Shown: positions 40,177 to 51,273, counted from the stretch's first letter. The stretch: 64,000 nt of DNA from an uncultured Ignavibacteriales bacterium (GCA_964464605.1 CAYXJN010000007.1:62001-126000); one strand, 5' to 3'. Made by a program: numbers and translations. The notes: generated from the letters alone by a model not told the origin.

Positions 40177-42855
40177 ATGAGCGAAACTGAAGGCAAGAAC
40201 GAAGAGCAAAAACGTTCTTCCGCCTGGTCACCGGCGGAAGTTGAAGAACGGCTTTATAAGCATTGGCTGAAAGCCGGATATTTCCACGGTAACACGGCAT
40301 CACCGAAACCGTCGTATTCCGTCGTTATTCCACCGCCGAACGTAACCGATGTTCTGCATATCGGCCACGCCCTCAATAATACGATTCAGGATATTCTCGT
40401 TCGTAAACATCGCATGTCCGGATTCGAAGCCGCCTGGATTCCGGGCGCTGACCATGCCGGTATCGCAACACAGGTTATCGTCGAAAAACAGGTCGCCAAA
40501 GAAGGGCTCAACCGCCGAGATATGGGGCGGGATAAATTTATCGAACGCACGGCAAGCTGGGCAAACCGGAACAAAGAAATCATTCTCGGTCAGTTGAAAC
40601 GAATCGGCTGCAGCTGCGATTGGGATCGCACCCGGTTTACGCTCGATCCGGAGTTATCCAAAGCGGTTGCTGAAACATTCAAGCAGCTGTATGACAAAGG
40701 GCTCATTTATCGCGGCAACCGTATCGTCAACTGGTGCCCGAAAGATCAGACCTCGTTGTCAGACGATGAAGTCGAAAATCGCACATTGGATAGCAGCCTC
40801 TGGTACATCAAATACAAGCTCAAAGGCGCTGATGAATACCTGACGGTTGCGACTACTCGTCCGGAAACGATGTTCGGCGATACTGCCCTTGCGGTTTCCC
40901 CCAAAGACCCGCGCTATAAAAAGTTTGTCGGTAAGACAGTCATTCTTCCTATCGCTGATAGAGAAATTCCAGTTATTGCAGATTCATACGTCGAATCCGA
41001 TTTCGGAACCGGCGTGGTGAAAATTACTCCGGCGCATGATCCGAATGACTTTGAGGTCGCCAAGCGACATGATTTACCGCAGTTAGTGGTCATGAATCCG
41101 GATGCCTCTATGAACGAACATGCCGGCAAATACAAAGGGCTCGACCGGTACGAAGCGCGCAAGCAGTTAGTCGAAGAACTTGAGCGCAAAGGGCATTTGG
41201 AGAAAACAGAAAAATATCAATTCAATGCCGGTACCTGCTATCGCTGCCATACGATTGTTGAACCATATCTCTCCGAACAATGGTTCGTGAAGATGAGTGA
41301 GTTGGCAAAGCCAGCTATTGAATCAGTTAAAAACGGTGAATTGAAATTCTATCCTGATTTCTGGGTCAAAACCTATCTGCACTGGATGGAAAATATTCGG
41401 GACTGGTGTATTTCCCGTCAGTTATGGTGGGGACACCGCATTCCGGTTTGGTATGCGCCGGATGGTACGATTATCGTTTCCGCAGAACGCCCGACTAAAG
41501 AACAGGCCAAAGGCCTCGACCCCGCGACGTTGGTGCAGGATGAAGATGTACTCGACACCTGGTTCTCCTCATGGCTCTGGCCGTTCTCTACTTTAGGCTG
41601 GCCGGAAAAAACAGCAGAACTTGAGAAATTTTACCCGACCAAAGTGCTCGTGACCGCATCGGAAATCATTTTCCTTTGGGTGGCGCGTATGGTGATGGCG
41701 GGACATGAGTTCATGGGTAAGTGTCCGTTCAGCGCAGTTTATATTCATGGTACGGTTCGTGACGCCAACGGTATCAAGATGTCGAAATCGCTCGGTAACG
41801 GTATCGACCCGCTTGAGATTATCAATAAATATGGCGCTGATGCGTTGCGTATCTCGATGGTTATCGCAACTCCCGACGGTCAAGACCCATGGATTAGCAA
41901 AAACACCTTTGAAGGTGGCCGTAACTTCGTGAACAAGCTGCATCAGGTGTCACGTTTCGTGATGATGCGTCTCGATGGCCGCCCGGTTTATACTTCATAT
42001 GATGAAAATGATCTGGTTATTTTTGATAAATGGATTTTGTCCCGCCTTGAACGAACGATTCAAAGCGTCAACAAATCGTTCGATGAATATCGTTTGAACG
42101 CCGCGGCAAAAACGCTGCATCAGTTTGTCTGGAATGATTACTGCTCATGGTACATCGAACTTATCAAACCGGATCAGCCGGGTGAAAAGATTCGAGAAGG
42201 CTCGCTTAAAGTCGCCTGTTATGTGCTTGATCAGATTTTGAAGTTGATGCACCCATTCACACCGTTCGTGACCGAACAGATTTATCTGGATATGCAGAGT
42301 GTCGATGAAACGAGCGGTAAAACGATTACGTTTGGCCCGTGGCCGTCAGTTGGAACTTCGCACATCGACGACAAACTGGAACAGAGCCTTGAACATATTC
42401 AGGCGGTCGTGACTGCGGTTCGTTCGATGCGCTCGGAACTCAACATTCCGCCCGGTAAGAAAGCTGATTTGTATATCCGGGTAGCCAACGCGGAAATGGG
42501 TGAACTGCTGAAACATCATATTAACTATTTCCGGTCGCTGGCCAAAATCGAAACACTGCATTGCGGCGTTGATGTCAAAAAACCGCCCACATCTGCTTCG
42601 GCAGTTATTTCCGGCGCGGAAATCTTTTTACCGTTAGCGGGATTAATTGATCTCGATGTCGAACGCGCCCGTTTGCAAAAAGAGCTGGATCATTTGAAGG
42701 ATTTACTCGATAAGATTTCCAAAAAACTCGCTAATGCGGATTTTCTGCAAAACGCACCGGGCGATATCATCGATAAAGAGCAGGCGAAAAAAGAAGATTA
42801 CTTAGAGCGGATTGAAAAACTCAACCGGAACTTAGAGCAGGTTATGGGTTGGTAG
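40177..42855 (+). CDS. valS: Valine--tRNA ligase
   Basis: PPPNVT..LHIGH, DWCISRQLWWGH, KMSKS and C-terminal coiled coil. Confidence 0.98.
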   Translation: MSETEGKNEEQKRSSAWSPAEVEERLYKHWLKAGYFHGNTASPKPSYSVVIPPPNVTDVLHIGHALNNTIQDILVRKHRMSGFEAAWIPGADHAGIATQVIVEKQVAKEGLNRRDMGRDKFIERTASWANRNKEIILGQLKRIGCSCDWDRTRFTLDPELSKAVAETFKQLYDKGLIYRGNRIVNWCPKDQTSLSDDEVENRTLDSSLWYIKYKLKGADEYLTVATTRPETMFGDTALAVSPKDPRYKKFVGKTVILPIADREIPVIADSYVESDFGTGVVKITPAHDPNDFEVAKRHDLPQLVVMNPDASMNEHAGKYKGLDRYEARKQLVEELERKGHLEKTEKYQFNAGTCYRCHTIVEPYLSEQWFVKMSELAKPAIESVKNGELKFYPDFWVKTYLHWMENIRDWCISRQLWWGHRIPVWYAPDGTIIVSAERPTKEQAKGLDPATLVQDEDVLDTWFSSWLWPFSTLGWPEKTAELEKFYPTKVLVTASEIIFLWVARMVMAGHEFMGKCPFSAVYIHGTVRDANGIKMSKSLGNGIDPLEIINKYGADALRISMVIATPDGQDPWISKNTFEGGRNFVNKLHQVSRFVMMRLDGRPVYTSYDENDLVIFDKWILSRLERTIQSVNKSFDEYRLNAAAKTLHQFVWNDYCSWYIELIKPDQPGEKIREGSLKVACYVLDQILKLMHPFTPFVTEQIYLDMQSVDETSGKTITFGPWPSVGTSHIDDKLEQSLEHIQAVVTAVRSMRSELNIPPGKKADLYIRVANAEMGELLKHHINYFRSLAKIETLHCGVDVKKPPTSASAVISGAEIFLPLAGLIDLDVERARLQKELDHLKDLLDKISKKLANADFLQNAPGDIIDKEQAKKEDYLERIEKLNRNLEQVMGW

Positions 42856-42878
42856 GCGGACATTTTTTCTCACTTCAT

Positions 42879-43898
42879 TCACTGGAAATCGATTTCCACA
42901 AGAGTACTGCGTAAAACATACGCACCATTCCAACTACGCGCTTCTGAAAAAATAATGCCAGTCCCAGGTGCATAAAAATACTCTGTTGAAAATATATACG
43001 CAGAACCTGAAAAACGGAACGGGATTAGAAATGAACCGACTGGCGTTGAAATCGCAGAATCGCAAGGATATATAAAACGAACATATCCGATATCAGCTAT
43101 ACTCTGATATATCCAATTGAAACCATCGCCCCCTATTGGAGCAAATTCAACATTTCTCCAACTATTAATTTTTCCAATCGACTGTTCGATAGCTCCTCCA
43201 GCTTTGCTAAATAGTGTATCATGACTAGCTAACAAAGTTCGTGGCATTGCAATAAAGTCATCACTAACTTGGTACCAGTGACCAAGAGCATCATAGTAAT
43301 CACCAACTACTGTAACTGTTCGCATCTTAGCTGATGTAAAAGCACTTTCATTAAAGGTTGAATCCACATAGACCCAGCGATTGCCAACTTTGAGAGGAAG
43401 ATAATCCGAATACTCGGTTGGATTGTCTGAAAGTTTCTTGATTGAAAGCGTCAAAGAATGTACTGATGCAGGTGGTCGCCCATTCTTATCTGGCAATGGT
43501 AAAAGACTGGTTGGTTCAAATAAGAACGAGTCAACTGTAACTTGTTCGCTCACGAACCCCGACCTACCACCCTCCTCGAGATCGCCAGAAATTGTAAGAT
43601 AAACGAGTTTATTTTCGGGTAATACTACTACTTCCAAGATTGCCGTATTATACAACCATGGTCGTAGTTCATAGTCAGCCAAAGTTACTCTACTGTCAGA
43701 AACTATCCGCTTAAAAACGACGGAGATTTCAGTACCGGGAATAGCAACAGTATCCCCAAAAGCTATGGTGACCGAAGACTCATTTTGATTTTCGGAATTA
43801 GCAGGATTTTTTTCGGAGCAACTAATGCCTAATCCGATAAGCACAAAAACGATTAGTGTTCCAACCCGTATTTTTTGAAAATGCGCTACATTGCCCAT
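42879..43898 (-). CDS. Hypothetical lipoprotein (paralog of the next gene)
   Basis: Lipobox GISC; YLPLKVGNRWVY and STPVGSF..YAPGTGII motifs; GGAGG RBS. Confidence 0.75.
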   Translation of the reverse strand: MGNVAHFQKIRVGTLIVFVLIGLGISCSEKNPANSENQNESSVTIAFGDTVAIPGTEISVVFKRIVSDSRVTLADYELRPWLYNTAILEVVVLPENKLVYLTISGDLEEGGRSGFVSEQVTVDSFLFEPTSLLPLPDKNGRPPASVHSLTLSIKKLSDNPTEYSDYLPLKVGNRWVYVDSTFNESAFTSAKMRTVTVVGDYYDALGHWYQVSDDFIAMPRTLLASHDTLFSKAGGAIEQSIGKINSWRNVEFAPIGGDGFNWIYQSIADIGYVRFIYPCDSAISTPVGSFLIPFRFSGSAYIFSTEYFYAPGTGIIFSEARSWNGAYVLRSTLVEIDFQ

Positions 43899-44028
43899 GA
43901 ATTGCCTCCACATTGTTTGCCTCCGATAAGATAACCTGATATCAATTCTTTCCAAGTTCAAAAAACTTGTAGTCAACAAAGCAAAGCCACCCTTTCGGGT
44001 GGCTTAATTTCTTACTAAAACCGCAATC

Positions 44029-45057
44029 TTAATGCAATTCCACATCAACTAACCGTATACGGTGATTTGTCGACGTATATCGATCATACAATTCGGCGTA
44101 TATAATTCCGGTACCGGGCGAAAATAGATATTCCGCCGATTGATACGGGTATGCGCCGGAATAGCGATAGGGAATAGAGAATGTACCGGCTTGCGTCGTT
44201 ATGGTGGAATCAATGGCGTATACATACCGCATAACCATTACATCCCCCTCAACGCGCTGCGCAAACGAATCGGTAGAATCAGCCGTTGGCGCTAATTCTT
44301 CAGTTTTATAATACGTTGTTGTTCCCGGCACAAAGATTTCGCCGCCGGATTGCCGGCTGTACACGGTATCGTTGTTTACCAGCAGATTCGGGTAGATACC
44401 GTACAATTCGTTATTCAGCGCCCACCAATGCCCCACCGCATCATAAAAGTTTTTGACTACAGTGATCGTTCTTACTTCCTCAGCAACAAATGCTCCGTTT
44501 TGAAAACTGGAATCCAGATAGACCCATCGGTTGCCGTTAGTCAATGGCAGGAAATTCGTTTTCGTACTCGGTATCGAATCTATTTTCTCAAGAAAGTAAT
44601 CGGCAACAAGCGGGGAATCAGGAAGCTGGCCGAATACCTCCGGCTGCGGCTGCAAATTGGTCAGGCGAATCCGAAAGTTTTCGAGCGTCACCGACTCGCC
44701 GTAATACCGGACTGTCGCGGTGTCTCCCATATCGCCGGAAATAGTCAGGTAGACATACTTCTGATCCGGCAACAAAAGAAATTCGATCCGCGCGGTGTGG
44801 TACGAAAACATATCAAGCGGCGTCCCAATGGGGAGCCGTGAATCGGCTATTAACCGGTTGAAAACCAGTGATACCCCTGCTTCCGGTATTGCAACCGTGT
44901 CACCGAACGTAATGCTTCCGGAAAACTCTGTCTGTTCCGGCTTAGGTTCTGCAGGATTCTTCCGAGAAGAATTACAGCCCGATATGAAAAGAAGAAACAA
45001 AATAGCAATGAGAAATTGAAACTGGTGTAACCTGAGATGTGTTGGTCGTGCAATCAT
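44029..45057 (-). CDS. Hypothetical lipoprotein (paralog of the previous gene)
   Basis: Lipobox ISGC; FLPLTNGNRWVY and TTQAGTF..FSPGTGII motifs; GGAGG RBS. Confidence 0.75.
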   Translation of the reverse strand: MIARPTHLRLHQFQFLIAILFLLFISGCNSSRKNPAEPKPEQTEFSGSITFGDTVAIPEAGVSLVFNRLIADSRLPIGTPLDMFSYHTARIEFLLLPDQKYVYLTISGDMGDTATVRYYGESVTLENFRIRLTNLQPQPEVFGQLPDSPLVADYFLEKIDSIPSTKTNFLPLTNGNRWVYLDSSFQNGAFVAEEVRTITVVKNFYDAVGHWWALNNELYGIYPNLLVNNDTVYSRQSGGEIFVPGTTTYYKTEELAPTADSTDSFAQRVEGDVMVMRYVYAIDSTITTQAGTFSIPYRYSGAYPYQSAEYLFSPGTGIIYAELYDRYTSTNHRIRLVDVELH

Positions 45058-45172
45058 CGCATGCCTCCTGCACAGGTTTGTTGACAACAAGATATGTTAT
45101 TCTGAGTTCTTGCCAAGAACAAAAAAGCCACCCCTTCGAGTGGCTTCTCTTTTTTCAAAATATACCAGTCGA

Positions 45173-46117
45173 CTATTCAATCGGAATGCGGGGGCCGTTT
45201 TTGGCGAGCCAGGCATCGAATGATTGCAACTCAGGATTGAGTTTTTTGGAGAAATCCAAATTGCGTGCCTTGCGGTAATCGGATTCGAAATCCCGCTTGA
45301 ACTGAAACATATTCCCCAAATCATCCGCACCCGGAAACCCGAAACTGCGATAGACCGACGGTTCAACTTCATTATACTTCACTGCGATACCGAGTGTCTT
45401 GGACATCCCATCCGCCATCTCCTGTCCGCTCAAATGCCCGCCAGCTATGCCGACCTCTTTACCGATATATTCATTACCCGCCTTGAAAATACCGTAAGCG
45501 CATTTACCGATATCTTCGGCCGCAATGCCGGGCATCTTCTTGTCACCAATCGGAAAAGTGATCGCATAGTTTCCGTTTTGATCTTTTTTAGGTCCCAATC
45601 CGAAATGGATAAAATTATCCCAATAAAAACTGGTGTTCAAAATGGTTGCGGGAAGCCCGTCAAAGTATTTGTTCGCCTCTCCTTTGCCGTCGAAGTGCGG
45701 CACTTTGTATTTCTCCTGAAGGGTCGGCATACGATTATCAGAGAGCGGCACCCATTTGCGGGTATCTTCGAGCGTTGACCAGATAACATGCTTCACACCT
45801 GCTGCTTTGGCTGCGTCCGCCATGTTATGCGCGTGAGACATCTCTTTTTCAACTGAGAAATGATCCCAGAAAAAGGTCACACAAAATGCGCCGTACGCAC
45901 CTTGAAATGCTTTCGTAAGACTTTCGACATTGTCGACATCAGCCGCGACAACTTCTGCGCCGAGTTTGGCAAGTTCCTTTGCTTTATCGGCATTAACGTT
46001 GCGGGTTAGTGCGCGTACGGCGAATCCTCCGTTCGGATCGTTCAGTATTGCCCGAACAAGACCGCTTCCTTGCGCGCCAGTTGCACCGACGACGGCGATG
46101 ATTTTCTTGTCAGCCAT
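45173..46117 (-). CDS. NmrA/HSCARG family NAD(P)-binding protein
   Basis: VVGATGAQG, RALTRN, VPHFDGK. Confidence 0.92.
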   Translation of the reverse strand: MADKKIIAVVGATGAQGSGLVRAILNDPNGGFAVRALTRNVNADKAKELAKLGAEVVAADVDNVESLTKAFQGAYGAFCVTFFWDHFSVEKEMSHAHNMADAAKAAGVKHVIWSTLEDTRKWVPLSDNRMPTLQEKYKVPHFDGKGEANKYFDGLPATILNTSFYWDNFIHFGLGPKKDQNGNYAITFPIGDKKMPGIAAEDIGKCAYGIFKAGNEYIGKEVGIAGGHLSGQEMADGMSKTLGIAVKYNEVEPSVYRSFGFPGADDLGNMFQFKRDFESDYRKARNLDFSKKLNPELQSFDAWLAKNGPRIPIE

Positions 46118-46339
46118 AGTAGTCTCCTTTATATGATAAACTGTTACAAACGCGATGCTTCAATATACCTATGCCCGGTTAAACAGAAAAGCCCCGTCAT
46201 TCGTTCCCATTTGACAGAAAAACGGAACGGTAGGCAGCGCTCATACCCGACAGGAAAATAAGCCTACCCTCCCTTCTGCCATCCCCTATATTGTAAGCGG
46301 TAAGTTTAATGTGCGAACGGCCAAGACGGAGGTAAAGTT

Positions 46340-48943
46340 GTGTTCAGAGGTAACGTTCGATATTTCCTAACAATTCTCATCATCCTATTAACAGCAAATT
46401 CATCTTTTTCGCTTTCTCCGCGACAAGAGCGAATACAAAATATGTTGAACAAAAAAGCGGCGGAAAAATCTACAACAGCAACTGATGATTTTTCAAAAGA
46501 ACCTCGCGATGCTTTTGCCGCCGCATCTATCGAACCCTTCGAAATCGAAGCAACCTGGATCGGCGCGACCCAGTGGATGACCGGGCGCAACAATCTCTTT
46601 GAAACATTCAATAACAGTATCGCCAAAGGTATCGATTTTTTCGGCAGCACGATAACGATTGCCGACTACGTTCCGGTGCGAATCGAGTTTTCCACTGACT
46701 CCGCGCAATGGACAAAAGTCGGTGTCTTCAGACGGGATCAATCCTATCTCTGGGATACGGTCGGTTTTTTCCCCGGTTCGGCCTGGGACATTTCGGACAC
46801 GGCAAACCCGAGACGGTTGAATATCTGTATCACTGAGTATGACGACGGTGCCGGAGGGATTCCTTCACCCAATTTATACTGGGATCCGGATACATCGGCG
46901 TTAGGCAATTTCGAATATCTGTTCGTGATGAACAGCGATTATGACGGCACCGGATTGACGTACCTCAACGATGATCTGAATGACAATACCAACAAAGAAG
47001 ATGTACTCTACGGCTGGTGGCCGCGGGTAGTGCCGGGGCATACGCTGTTTGAAACGCTGCCGGCTGCACTTGATATTCGGCCGATTATCAAACTCACCGG
47101 CCTTGAAAAGGAAACACAAGTCGATTTGGGAATGCTTACTCCCGGCCCGACACCATATCGATTACATATTTTGCGGGATACGCTTCCGAATCCGACAACA
47201 ATGGTTGCGGAAATTTCCGGTTCAGCGACTTCATACCTCGATACCGGTCTCGCTGTTAATAAAACCTACTACTACAAAGTACAGTCGATCAAAACAATAG
47301 CCGGAGAAGTTGCGTTGCAGAGCCATGAAATATCGGTCTACACAGCGCAGCGTTTGCAGGTTACCGCTACCCTCCCTCCGGCACAAATGACGAACGCGAA
47401 TAACAGCACGATCATCGTCGGGTTCGACAATCCGGTAGTAACCTCATCAATTAATGCCGCCACATTCAGAGTCTTTGCGCGTTGGACCGGTGTCGTTAAC
47501 GGCACATTCCAATTCGAAAATGGAGACAAAACGGTCACATTCACTGCGAATACTCCTATCGGCGCCGGTGAGTGGGTAACGGTATCACTTACCAAAGCGA
47601 TTCAGAGCACCGTTCCCGGCGATACCTTCGGCGGCTTTAGTTGGAATTATTGGACGGCGACTGCCACACGCCCGATGCAGTTCACGCAGATTCTCGCCAA
47701 ACCGATGCGTATCGGCGCGGAAGGTCAGATTCGCATTTACGGCGGTTACGGCGGCGACCTTGATAAAGACGGCTACCCTGATCTCACGTTGATCAACGAA
47801 GATGCGGATGATTGCCGCTTGCTCATGAACGATGGCACCGGTATGTATGATTCATTCACCGTGATTCCGCTTGGCACCGGTACTTTCCCCAGCAGCAACG
47901 AGGGCGCCGATTTCAACGATGACGGCTGGATGGATTTAGCAATCGGCACCACCACCAGCAATAAAGTGCGCGTATTGATGGGAAATGCATCGGGTAGCTA
48001 CGATCCCGTTGTCTCATACACGACCGGACAGAATGTTCGGGGCGTTATGACCGCCGATGTCGATCATGACGGTGATCCGGATGTACTTACGACTAACACA
48101 TCGAGTGATAACATTGCGGTCTTAAAAAATAACGGTACCGGCATACTTGGCACACCGACATTCTCTGAGTCAGGATGGGATGGCGAGTATTCTTGTATAG
48201 TCGCGGATGCAAATGAGGATGGACATCCCGATCTGTTCGTCGGTGCAATGTACGATAGCCGTATTATCGTTATGTTGAATGACGGTAATGGCAATTTGAC
48301 CCCAAGCGGAGTAGCGTTCGCCGGAAGTCCCTGGATGATTACTGCCGGTGATATCGACCGTGACGGCCATGTCGATGTCGTATCGGCGAATTCTAATATA
48401 AGCGTGGCGACGATAAATTTTGGGGATGGTAACGGAGGTTTATCCGGACCATTTGACTATAGCACAGGCGACTTTCCCCTTGCGATTGAAGTCGGCGATC
48501 TCAATGGGGACGGATATTTAGATATTGTCACCAGCAATTACAGTTCAGGCGACTTTTGGATACACCCGAACAACGGGGATGGGACATTCGGTACGCCGAT
48601 AGTTTTGAATACTGCGCAAGCAGGATCATGTACGACGCTGCATGATCGGGACAGAGATGGTGATCTCGATATTTCCGGAGTCGATGAAGAGGCGGATATT
48701 TTATACCTCTACAAAAATGAACAAATCTGCTGCACCGGAACCAGAGGAAATGTCAACAATCTAGGCGGTATTACCGTGGCTGATTTGACATACCTTGTGC
48801 AGTATCTTTTTAACAGCGGTACGGCACCTGTCTGTTACGATGAAGGAAATGTAAACGGGTTATCCGGAATTACTGTCGCCGATTTAGTCTATTTGGTGCA
48901 ATTCCTGTTCAACGGTGGCGCGCAACCGCCGAACTGTCCGTAA
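46340..48943 (+). CDS. Secreted FG-GAP/VCBS-repeat protein with Ig-like domains and C-terminal dockerin-like domain
   Basis: Repeated D.D.DG.PD motifs; FN3/Big-like middle region; duplicated GNVN..GITVADL.YLVQ.LF tail. Confidence 0.85.
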   Translation: MFRGNVRYFLTILIILLTANSSFSLSPRQERIQNMLNKKAAEKSTTATDDFSKEPRDAFAAASIEPFEIEATWIGATQWMTGRNNLFETFNNSIAKGIDFFGSTITIADYVPVRIEFSTDSAQWTKVGVFRRDQSYLWDTVGFFPGSAWDISDTANPRRLNICITEYDDGAGGIPSPNLYWDPDTSALGNFEYLFVMNSDYDGTGLTYLNDDLNDNTNKEDVLYGWWPRVVPGHTLFETLPAALDIRPIIKLTGLEKETQVDLGMLTPGPTPYRLHILRDTLPNPTTMVAEISGSATSYLDTGLAVNKTYYYKVQSIKTIAGEVALQSHEISVYTAQRLQVTATLPPAQMTNANNSTIIVGFDNPVVTSSINAATFRVFARWTGVVNGTFQFENGDKTVTFTANTPIGAGEWVTVSLTKAIQSTVPGDTFGGFSWNYWTATATRPMQFTQILAKPMRIGAEGQIRIYGGYGGDLDKDGYPDLTLINEDADDCRLLMNDGTGMYDSFTVIPLGTGTFPSSNEGADFNDDGWMDLAIGTTTSNKVRVLMGNASGSYDPVVSYTTGQNVRGVMTADVDHDGDPDVLTTNTSSDNIAVLKNNGTGILGTPTFSESGWDGEYSCIVADANEDGHPDLFVGAMYDSRIIVMLNDGNGNLTPSGVAFAGSPWMITAGDIDRDGHVDVVSANSNISVATINFGDGNGGLSGPFDYSTGDFPLAIEVGDLNGDGYLDIVTSNYSSGDFWIHPNNGDGTFGTPIVLNTAQAGSCTTLHDRDRDGDLDISGVDEEADILYLYKNEQICCTGTRGNVNNLGGITVADLTYLVQYLFNSGTAPVCYDEGNVNGLSGITVADLVYLVQFLFNGGAQPPNCP

Positions 48944-49023
48944 AAACTTCTCATATAAAAAGAAGGCTGCCGGAGGGGAAGGCAACCTTCTTAGGGGAAT
49001 GGGAGGTAAAAAAAGGGGATTTT

Positions 49024-49476
49024 TTATGCCGTTTCGGTTCCGGCTAATTCTTCAATAAACTCAGCTACGGTTCGGTTACCGCCAGCATCAGGGAAGGATG
49101 CTATCTCCAAGCGAACCGGGTTGGTGCCGTTCAATGCACCCATACCGTTCAGGTGGCTTTTAACCACCTCATGAATTCTCCGAGCGGCGATTTCTGCGCC
49201 CTGACGGGAGGTTTCCGGAACCAGAAGCCCGATCCGGTTACCATCCAGTGTGGCGGCTTCATCAGTCTCGCGGATATTGCCGCGAACAGCCATCGTGATA
49301 TCTTCAAGAATCGGTGAGGTATTGTCTTCGAAAGCGCCAATGCTCGAAAGGTCGATGATGATGAGCGAGATAAAGGTGCGGTAACGAGAAGCCCGCTTGA
49401 GTTCTAACTGTACTTTTTTGGCGAATCCATTGTTTCGCGTTGTCACCCCAAGAAGACTCGTCATTGCTCTTTTCAC
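49024..49476 (-). CDS. Degenerate GGDEF-like domain protein
   Basis: ELKRASRY..ISLIIID, IRETD and LLVPET..GA..AARRI motifs, but the GGDEF site reads DGNRI. Confidence 0.7.
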   Translation of the reverse strand: MKRAMTSLLGVTTRNNGFAKKVQLELKRASRYRTFISLIIIDLSSIGAFEDNTSPILEDITMAVRGNIRETDEAATLDGNRIGLLVPETSRQGAEIAARRIHEVVKSHLNGMGALNGTNPVRLEIASFPDAGGNRTVAEFIEELAGTETA

Positions 49477-49502
49477 TTCCTTCCTTTGCTCAATTTTAAT
49501 AC

Positions 49503-49519
49503 AGCAATTGCTATACCCG
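49503..49519 (-). promoter_or_regulatory. sigma54 (-24/-12) promoter
   Basis: Minus strand CGGGTATAGCAATTGCT has GG-N10-GC spacing, 27 nt upstream of the GGDEF-like gene and next to a sigma54 activator gene. Confidence 0.55.
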
Positions 49520-49713
49520 ATTTTGTCACCGGCTAAGAATGAAGAAAGAATTTCCCGAATGTCAGCTTCTGAATCCGGACGAGACGTTCAACCGATTGAT
49601 TTTCAATGAATTATGAAATTGGCGCAGGGTCTGCGAAATGACAAGAATTGACGGTCAATCAGGCAATATTGCAAGCTGCTGCCTAATTTATGAACAGCAA
49701 AATCAGACTTGGA

Positions 49714-51174
49714 TTAGTGTGAGGAATTCAGATTGTAGTCTTTGATCTTATAGAGCAAAGAACGATAGCTGATATCCAGAATTTCAGCCGCCTTCCGGCG
49801 GTTCCAGTTAGTCTTGTGGAGCACCTCGGCGATCAAGCGACGTTCCTCATCTGCAACCGTCTTCCCTATCCTGTCTTTGAGCGAATACCCCGCACCAACC
49901 GTGGCGATACCTCCAGTTGACGAAGCAGATTGCGGCTGGTACGACACGGCCTGCGTCACCGGCTGCTGGACGAAGTTAAAAGTCGGCGCGCTCATGACGG
50001 GTGCGACGTTCGAGGAGGCGATCAGGTCGGCAAGGATAGTTTCATCCCCACGGACAACCACCTGCTTGATCATATTCTCAAGCTGGCGGACATTGCCCGG
50101 CCAGTGGTAGCTCATCAGCGTCTGCATCGTCTCTTCAGACATCCCGGCAAAGGATTTGTTGTAGTCGGCGTTGTATTTATCAATAAAATGCCGTACTAAA
50201 ATGGTCAGGTCTTCCATACGATCACGGAGTGGAGGCAAAAGGACAGTGATTTCGTTTAAGCGATAGAATAAGTCATCACGGAACAACTGCTGCTGAATAG
50301 CTAATTCCAGGTTACGGTTCGTCGCGCAGATAATACGGACATCGACCCGGATATTATTGATACCACCGACACGAACGAATTCCTGCTGCTCAAGCACCTG
50401 CAGTAATTTTGACTGCAATTCAAGCGGCATATCCCCGATTTCATCGAGGAAAATGGTCCCTTTATCAGCAGACTCAAACCGTCCCTGTTTCATTTTGTGG
50501 GCACCGGTAAATGAGCCTTTTTCATAGCCGAAAAGTTCCGCTTCCAAAAGATCTCGCGGAATAGCGGCGCAGTTAACTTTGACAAACGGTTTGTTTTTGC
50601 GGCTGGATAATTGATGCAGCGACCGGGCGACAATTTCCTTACCGGTGCCGGACTCGCCGCGAATGAGCACCGTCAATTCGGAATCCGCCACCTGCTCGAT
50701 AACCTCTTTGACTCGGTGCATGGCAACAGAGTCACCGATAAATCCGGCATAGACGGAACGGCCGGATAATTCATTTTTGAGTTCGCTAACTTCTTTTTTG
50801 AGTTGGCTGCGTTCGAGCACGCCGTTGATATGGATTTCGATCTCCTGAACATCGAACGGCTTATTGACAAACTCGGCGGCGCCAAGCTTGACCGAATCGA
50901 CAACATACTTGGTGTCCCCATGCCCGGAAACCATGATAACTTCCGGCCGGTTTTCGACTTTGTTGAGTTTTTCAAGAACTTCCAGCCCGTTCATCCCGGG
51001 CATTTTGACATCCAAAAGGATAAGGTCCGGCTTCTCGGTAGAAACCATCTGTAACCCTTCCATACCATCCCGCGCTGAGACAAACTCGAACTTGGAGGAA
51101 AGCCCCTCGGACAAAATCCAAGAGACCTTGGGGTCATCATCTATGACAAGTATTTTGACTTTCTGTTTCGCCAT
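49714..51174 (-). CDS. sigma54-dependent response regulator (NtrC family; REC-AAA+-Fis)
   Basis: REC domain, GESGTGKE, GSFTGA, FLDEIG, DLFYRL, WPGNVRQL and HTH. Confidence 0.95.
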   Translation of the reverse strand: MAKQKVKILVIDDDPKVSWILSEGLSSKFEFVSARDGMEGLQMVSTEKPDLILLDVKMPGMNGLEVLEKLNKVENRPEVIMVSGHGDTKYVVDSVKLGAAEFVNKPFDVQEIEIHINGVLERSQLKKEVSELKNELSGRSVYAGFIGDSVAMHRVKEVIEQVADSELTVLIRGESGTGKEIVARSLHQLSSRKNKPFVKVNCAAIPRDLLEAELFGYEKGSFTGAHKMKQGRFESADKGTIFLDEIGDMPLELQSKLLQVLEQQEFVRVGGINNIRVDVRIICATNRNLELAIQQQLFRDDLFYRLNEITVLLPPLRDRMEDLTILVRHFIDKYNADYNKSFAGMSEETMQTLMSYHWPGNVRQLENMIKQVVVRGDETILADLIASSNVAPVMSAPTFNFVQQPVTQAVSYQPQSASSTGGIATVGAGYSLKDRIGKTVADEERRLIAEVLHKTNWNRRKAAEILDISYRSLLYKIKDYNLNSSH

Positions 51175-51273
51175 TCCTTGGTACCTCTTTTCGCCTATTG
51201 TCGGCAAAAGATTTCAGAATTGAAGTGCCGGTTGTTTATTCCTGCTGAAATGTAGCAAGAAAGTGCATAAGAA

